Positions 58,943 through 64,000 of a DNA stretch of 64,000 bases are shown here, in pieces. Position 1 is the first letter of the stretch. The number at the start of each line of letters is the position of its first letter. A model generated the notes under the pieces. It was given only the letters and a program-made list of their open reading frames with translations. It was not told where the DNA came from and did no database searches. The position numbers and the translations under genes were made by a program. This DNA comes from Chloroflexota bacterium (GTDB lineage Bacteria > Chloroflexota > Dehalococcoidia > UBA2247 > RBG-13-53-26): the NCBI GenBank assembly GCA_016875915.1, contig VGOM01000007.1, positions 1 through 64,000 of the forward strand, read 5' to 3'.

Positions 58943-60877
58943 CTAGATCTGGGCGGCCACCCTGGCCGCCTGGTAGGCCACCTCGGCGGCATCCCGCGGC
59001 CGGACGCAGTCGCCGACGCTGTATAGTTCCGCCGCCACGCCCTCAAGCTCCTGGGCCAGCTTGTTCTCCGACTTCATGCCCACCGCCAGAATGACCGTAT
59101 CGGCCGGCAGGGTATGGATGTCCCCTCCCATGGAGAAGATCACCGCTTTGTCGGTGATCTCCATGACAGTGGAGTTCAGATAGAGCGGAACCCGCAGGTC
59201 GAGCAGCCTTCTGGCCAGCGTCTTGAAGCTGAGCTTCTCCAGCTTGATGCCGTCCTCTCCCAGGCCGGCGCGGGTGACCAGGGAGACCTCCCGACCCTGC
59301 TCAGCCAGCCAGATGGCCACCTCCATGCCGATGAACCGTCCGCCGACCACGATGACCTTGCCCTCGGCCTGGACCTTGCCCTCGATGACGTCATGCCCCT
59401 GAACGACACTGCCGCCGGTGCCGCCGGGCACTCTGAGCCACACGGGCACCGCACCTGTGGCCACCACCACGGCATCCGGCCTCACCTCAGCGACCAGCCC
59501 CCTGGTGACCTCGGTGTTCAGGGTGATATTGACGCTGTACCGGTCCAGAAAGCGCTTGAGATACTGGGTGAACGCCGCATAGCCCTCTTTGCCGGGTGTG
59601 GCACAGGCCACATTCCACTGGCCGCCAAGCTGCGCTTTCTTCTCGTACAGTGAGACCCGATGTCCCCGCTGCGCCAGGAAGAGGGCCGCCTGCATGCCAC
59701 CCAGCCCACCGCCGACGACCATGACCCGCTTCGGCGCCTTAGCTGGAGGGGGAGGGTACCTGGCCTCCCTGTAGAGATAGGGATTCACAGAACAAGAACC
59801 CGGCCCGGCCTCAGGGTCGGTCTTGAGGCAGTTGTTGCAGTAAATGCAGCGGCGGACGTCCTCCACGGGGCCCCTATGGATCTTCTCCGGAAGCTCGGGG
59901 TCCGCCAGAAGAGGCCGGCCCATAGCCACGAAATCAGCCCTGCCCCCGGCAATGACCTCCTCGGCCAGCTCAGCGTCTATCTTGCCGGCGGCGATCACCG
60001 GCACCTGGACCGCTTTCTTGATGCGCTCCGCCATGGACACCATGGGGCCTTTGGGGTAGGGGTAACAGGGTATGCTCAGGGTGGACCAGTACTCCAGTCC
60101 CCCGGAGACGCTGATGGCGTCCGCGCCTGCTGCTTCCAGTATCCGGGCCTGCTCCGCGGCCTCGTCAAGGGTGACCCCGCCCTCCACGTCGTCACTGGCG
60201 TTGACTCTAACCCACAAGGGATACTCCCTGCCCACCTCCTGCCGGATCCGCTCCAGGACCATCCGGGCGAAGCGGGCCCGGTTCTCCACGGAGCCTCCGT
60301 ACTGATCGGTGCGGCGGTTGGTGACGGGGGACATGAAGCTGCTGATCAGGCAGCCATGGCAGGCATGAAGCTCAATGGCGTCGGCACCGGCCTGTCTGGC
60401 CCGGCGCGCCGCCTGGCCGAAATCCTCCATGTATCGCTCGATATCACTGCTGCTGAGCTCATGGTAGGGGTTCCTGGTCTCCTTCAGCCAGGGCATCATG
60501 GACGGGACCAGTATGGAGAACTCCTCAGGCACCACCTCGGAGTACAGGAGAAGCATGCCGATATGCATCAGTTGGATGCAGAAGGCGGCGCCGGCCTCAT
60601 GGACCGCATCGGCCACCCGGCTCCAGTCCGGCACGTGACCATCGTCACACAGGGCCATGGTGTACGGGAGTGCGGAGTCCCGGCTCACTGCGGCGAACTG
60701 CGGAGTGACCATGGCCGCGCCACCCGCCGCCCGGGTGCGGTAGTAGCTGACCAGTCGGTCGGTGACCCTGCCCTCCGCGTCCGCCAACTGGGTGCCCATG
60801 GCGGGCATGATAAGCCTGTTCTTCAACTGGAGCGAGCCTATCCTGCCCGGCTGGAACAGTGAGGGAAAACGCTTCAT
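58943..60877 (-). CDS. OYE-family NADH:flavin oxidoreductase fused to an FAD/NAD(P)-binding domain (BaiCD/BaiH-like), paralog 3 of 3
   Basis: 644 aa: LKNRLIMPAM, HACHGCLIS, CIYCNNC Cys patch, VMVVGGGLGGMQAA. Confidence 0.85.
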   Translation of the reverse strand: MKRFPSLFQPGRIGSLQLKNRLIMPAMGTQLADAEGRVTDRLVSYYRTRAAGGAAMVTPQFAAVSRDSALPYTMALCDDGHVPDWSRVADAVHEAGAAFCIQLMHIGMLLLYSEVVPEEFSILVPSMMPWLKETRNPYHELSSSDIERYMEDFGQAARRARQAGADAIELHACHGCLISSFMSPVTNRRTDQYGGSVENRARFARMVLERIRQEVGREYPLWVRVNASDDVEGGVTLDEAAEQARILEAAGADAISVSGGLEYWSTLSIPCYPYPKGPMVSMAERIKKAVQVPVIAAGKIDAELAEEVIAGGRADFVAMGRPLLADPELPEKIHRGPVEDVRRCIYCNNCLKTDPEAGPGSCSVNPYLYREARYPPPPAKAPKRVMVVGGGLGGMQAALFLAQRGHRVSLYEKKAQLGGQWNVACATPGKEGYAAFTQYLKRFLDRYSVNITLNTEVTRGLVAEVRPDAVVVATGAVPVWLRVPGGTGGSVVQGHDVIEGKVQAEGKVIVVGGRFIGMEVAIWLAEQGREVSLVTRAGLGEDGIKLEKLSFKTLARRLLDLRVPLYLNSTVMEITDKAVIFSMGGDIHTLPADTVILAVGMKSENKLAQELEGVAAELYSVGDCVRPRDAAEVAYQAARVAAQI

Positions 60878-61077
60878 CTCAAACGTATTCGCGGATTCGT
60901 GCGGCGACAGCAGCCACCTGGGAGGATGAACGCCGAATGAGTCTCAATATCGCCCTCAGCCCGAGGCAGGCATGCCCCGCGGCTACGAATAGAGATTATA
61001 TGCTCTGCGTGTCCTGCGGCGCAATTCGGCAGCATCAAGTCAGACGGGAACGAAGCTGCAGGCGCAGCGGTCGGCAG

Positions 61078-61617
61078 CTACTTCACGATACTGATGATCT
61101 GCTTGAACACGGGCCCTTCGGCCACCCGGAGAAGCTCGAAGAGGGCGGTCTCCACGCTGGTGATGCTGGCCCCGGCGTCCTTCATCTTCTGCAGTCCGAT
61201 GGCCTTGTTCTCCGCCCTCCTTGAAGAGACCGCGTCAGCCAAGACATGCACCTCATAGCCGGAGGCGACCAGATCGACGGTGGTCTGGTAGAGACAAACG
61301 TGAGCTTCGATGCCCGACAGCAGCACCTGGCACCGCTGCAGCCCCGAGAGCTCCCTGGAGAAGGCCTCGTCGCCGCAGCAACTGAAGCTCAGTTTGGGGA
61401 TACGCCGCGCGCCGGGCACCAGGTCGGCGATCTCGGGTACGGTCGGCCCCAGACCCCTGGGGTTCTGCTCGGTGAGCAGCAGGGGTAGGCCCAGAGCCTG
61501 GGCTCCCTTGATGATCTTCTGCACGTTCTCGAAGAGCAACTCCCTGCAGTGCATCGACTGGGCCAGCTTGCCCTGCATGTCGATGACCACCAGGACCGCC
61601 TTGTCGGTGGTGAGCAT
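61078..61617 (-). CDS. Isochorismatase-family cysteine hydrolase
   Basis: VLVVIDMQ, catalytic Cys in GIEAHVCL, about 180 aa. Confidence 0.8.
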   Translation of the reverse strand: MLTTDKAVLVVIDMQGKLAQSMHCRELLFENVQKIIKGAQALGLPLLLTEQNPRGLGPTVPEIADLVPGARRIPKLSFSCCGDEAFSRELSGLQRCQVLLSGIEAHVCLYQTTVDLVASGYEVHVLADAVSSRRAENKAIGLQKMKDAGASITSVETALFELLRVAEGPVFKQIISIVK

Positions 61618-61824
61618 GGGATGTTGCCTCCTCAGGAACAGTGTTCCGTCCGCTGCAGGTCAGAGCTGCAGCGTGTCCCAGCAATTGAAGCCCTTGGAGT
61701 AGTCCAGCAGGTACTCAATGATGGCCTTCCTCAGAGTCTGTTCCATATCCACCCCCCTGCCTTGATATCCTCTCCGAAAAGGACTTGGCAGGCATAGCCC
61801 GTCCGGGCCGACGCTCTCCCGGCT

Positions 61825-62082
61825 CTACCCATCCGAAGCCGGGCTACGCCTCAGCTCGAAGACCACCGGCTGCGGGTCGGGGCAGGAAACGGTGGCCTTG
61901 TCCGGGTCGTCCTCCCAGGGGAACGATCCCCCGAACTGCAGCACCTCGGCGAAGGGGAAGAGTGTGTGAAAGGCCCAGGAGCACATGCCGGGAGGGGTCT
62001 TCTCCCCCATGACGAACTCATCGCCCACCCGGTGGCCGGCAGAACAGGTCCCCGATATGACCCTGGCAATGACTTCCGCCAT
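61825..62082 (-). CDS. TIGR04076-family small protein
   Basis: 85 aa with GMCSWAF ... FGGSFPWE ... VSCPDPQPVVFELRR, matching TIGR04076 motifs as recalled (GFCSWAW...GASYPWM...CCTDG.RPVIFKLER). Confidence 0.5.
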   Translation of the reverse strand: MAEVIARVISGTCSAGHRVGDEFVMGEKTPPGMCSWAFHTLFPFAEVLQFGGSFPWEDDPDKATVSCPDPQPVVFELRRSPASDG

Positions 62083-62115
62083 TCCTCTCCCTTCTGCCCG
62101 CGGCGTAGGTACAGG

Positions 62116-63222
62116 CTAGAGATTGATGACGAACTGCCCGTCTTTGTACAGCAACTCGCCGTCCACGCGGATCTCGCCTCCATGTTGAAGGTCGCTGACC
62201 AGATCCCAGTGAACAGCGGACTCATTGGTGCTGCCGGTCTCAGGATAGCCCGCCCCCAGCGCCATGTGGAAGCTGCCGTTGATCTTCTCGTCGAAGAGGA
62301 TCTGCCGGGTGGCCCGGGTGATGCCCTCATTGGTGCCGACGGCGAACTCCCCGATGCGCCGCGAGCCCTGGTCGGTGTCCAGTATCTTCAGCAGGTACTC
62401 CTCGTTCTTCTCTGCGCTGGCCTTGACCACCCGCCCCCGCTCGAACCACAGTCGCACCCCCACAACCTCACGCCCACCCTCTATGGCGGGGTAGGAGAAG
62501 TAGGCATGTCCCTCGACGCTGTCCTCAACGGGGCCGGTGAATATCTCGCCGTCGGGCATGTTGTAGCGTCCGTCGCAGTTTATGAAGTGCCGTCCGGCGA
62601 TGCCCAGACGGAGGTCAGTCCCCGGCCCGACGACACGCACATGCTCCTTGCCCTTGAGCCAGGCGACGATCTTGTCCTGCCGGGCCGAAAAGCGCCTCCA
62701 GTAGCCCACCGGATCATTCATGTCGGGCATACAGGCCCCGTAGGCGAAGTCCTCGTATTCACTGAGGCTCATCTCGGCATCCTGGGCATAGGCGTTAGTG
62801 GGGAACAGGGCATAGGTCCAGCGCAGCTCACCCGCGGCAGAACGCCGCAGGAAGGTCTTCATCAGCTCGGTTCGCGCCTGATCGCGGAGCACCATCTTGG
62901 CCGGGTCAACGCTGGTCAGGGACTTGGTGTTGTCGTCTCCGCCGATGGAGATGCGCACGTCGTAGGTCTCCATGATGAGCTTGTGCGGCTGGTGGATGTA
63001 TCGAAGCTGGTCATCCGACCCATGTCGGAACAGCATCTCCTCCATCCCCGGCGGCGCGGCATTCATCAGCGGATGCCCGCCGGCCTGGAGCACCTTGATG
63101 TACACGGCCTTCAGTAGTGGCTCGGCCAGGCTGGCGCCCTCGATGAGCACCCTGTCCCCGCTGCGCACGGCAGCAGAGTAGCTGACCAGCAGGTGAGCCA
63201 GTTTCTCTACACGCGGATCCAA
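62116..63222 (-). CDS. M29-family aminopeptidase (AmpS/PepS-like)
   Basis: 368 aa. Conserved EIFTGPVE, IGEFAVGTN and HMALG motifs of aminopeptidase T/S. Confidence 0.75.
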   Translation of the reverse strand: MDPRVEKLAHLLVSYSAAVRSGDRVLIEGASLAEPLLKAVYIKVLQAGGHPLMNAAPPGMEEMLFRHGSDDQLRYIHQPHKLIMETYDVRISIGGDDNTKSLTSVDPAKMVLRDQARTELMKTFLRRSAAGELRWTYALFPTNAYAQDAEMSLSEYEDFAYGACMPDMNDPVGYWRRFSARQDKIVAWLKGKEHVRVVGPGTDLRLGIAGRHFINCDGRYNMPDGEIFTGPVEDSVEGHAYFSYPAIEGGREVVGVRLWFERGRVVKASAEKNEEYLLKILDTDQGSRRIGEFAVGTNEGITRATRQILFDEKINGSFHMALGAGYPETGSTNESAVHWDLVSDLQHGGEIRVDGELLYKDGQFVINL

Positions 63223-63243
63223 AAGCCCTGCCCTCCCGGATCC

Positions 63244-64000
63244 TCAGGCGACCATCACGCTCACGGCACCGGGGACGATCTCAAACGTAGCCGGCAGCCG
63301 GCCCACCAGCTCGCCGTCCATCTCCAGAAGGACCTCTTCCTCAGAGGTGACTTCAACCCGGCGGCCCTGCGAGTGACCCACCTTCTCCAGCCCCATGTGC
63401 TTCCCGTTGCGCAGTTTGGGAAGATGCCACAGCGCTTCGAGGGTGCCGAAATTGCCCACAGTGACGATGTCGAAGAGGCCGTCGTTCATCATGGCCTCCG
63501 GCGCGGCCAGAAAGCCCCGGCCGAAGAACCTGCCGTTGGCGATGACGACGTTCCTCGTGGCCAACCGTGCCGGCGGGCTGCCGTCAACGGAGATGGCCAC
63601 CTCCCTGGCCCTGTAGAAGAGTGCAGCGGTGAGAATGCCCCAGGCATAGTTGGGCCTCCGGCCGAGGATGCGGGGCGCCCGGATAGCCTTCTGAACCACC
63701 AGTCCCCCGGCGCCGAGGTCGGCGATGTTGATGAAGAGCCGGGTCTCCTCTTCTCCACGGAGGTTGACGAACCGCACTCTGCCGACGTCAACCCTCCTGA
63801 CGCAGCCGGCATCAGGGCTGTTCAGCACGGGGGTGGTTTCCGCGTTGATGCCCAGCGTCCGGGCCAGGTCGCAGCCGGAGCCCAGCGGGACAATGCCCAA
63901 TACCAGATCGTCCCGGAGCGGCAAACCGTTCTCGAACATGCCATTGACCACCTCATTGACGGTGCCGTCACCGCCGACGGCCACCACCACCCGGCAGCCG
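63244..64000 (-). CDS. Diacylglycerol/lipid kinase catalytic-domain protein (YegS/DgkA-like), N-terminally truncated by the window edge
   Basis: VVAVGGDGTVNEVVNG motif. The frame stays open to position 64000. Confidence 0.7.
   Translation of the reverse strand, partial: GCRVVVAVGGDGTVNEVVNGMFENGLPLRDDLVLGIVPLGSGCDLARTLGINAETTPVLNSPDAGCVRRVDVGRVRFVNLRGEEETRLFINIADLGAGGLVVQKAIRAPRILGRRPNYAWGILTAALFYRAREVAISVDGSPPARLATRNVVIANGRFFGRGFLAAPEAMMNDGLFDIVTVGNFGTLEALWHLPKLRNGKHMGLEKVGHSQGRRVEVTSEEEVLLEMDGELVGRLPATFEIVPGAVSVMVA

Noticed and set aside
60878-61077. Sequence GGCAGCATCAAGTCAGACGG, resembling the core of the recurring hairpin motif
   Set aside because: It shares only the CATCAAGT core and has no inverted-repeat arms. 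Not counted as a fourth copy.
61653-61760. 35-aa minus-strand ORF (MEQTLRKAIIEYLLDYSKGFNCWDTLQL) between the isochorismatase and TIGR04076 genes
   Set aside because: No convincing RBS and too short to assess. It could be real but is unsupported.

Overview
This is a high-GC, densely coding bacterial chromosomal segment with the gene complement of an anaerobe. It carries rubredoxin, rubrerythrin, flavodoxin, small ferredoxins, a radical-SAM HemW, molybdopterin (Mo/W) oxidoreductases and a tungstate ABC transporter. I saw no rRNA, tRNA, CRISPR array, transposase or integrase; it looks like core or accessory metabolic chromosome, not a mobile island.

Housekeeping genes I recognise:
- lepB, a DAHP synthase, ogt and mntP
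- a LemA pair, a flotillin and cutA
- lepA, fba/pfk, cbpA-like dnaJ plus clpB, an M20 and an M29 peptidase
- tupABC with a fused GntR-PBP regulator

The more interesting content is a set of accessory loci:
- A selenoprotein candidate: a glutaredoxin-PDZ fusion whose CxxC active-site Cys codon is an in-frame TGA, with a downstream hairpin.
- Two tandem copies of a cytoplasmic molybdopterin oxidoreductase, each paired with a VOC/glyoxalase-fold protein, all fed by one DmsB-like FeS subunit.
- A bai-like (bile-acid/steroid 7-dehydroxylation-like) gene set. It has three paralogous ~650-aa OYE-type flavin oxidoreductases (BaiCD/BaiH-like), a BaiE-like SnoaL dehydratase, a KstD/BaiJ-like flavoprotein and an SDR. 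Proteins built from a recurring uncharacterised ~180-aa domain sit beside the OYE paralogs.
- A duplicated two-gene module of small Cys-rich proteins (a zinc ribbon plus a 5-Cys protein). One copy lies directly upstream of dnaJ-clpB.
- A ~28-nt conserved hairpin with compensatory stem changes that recurs three times, always 80-160 bp downstream of minus-strand genes.
- A sulfur amino-acid cluster (CysK/CBS-like, CGL, PurM-like, Zn-ribbon ThrC-like, NIL domain), plus a nearby ThiF/MoeB E1-like enzyme and a MoaD-like GG-terminal sulfur carrier.

All calls are made by eye from the translated ORFs and the raw sequence. Family names are recalled from memory and should be confirmed with HMM searches.
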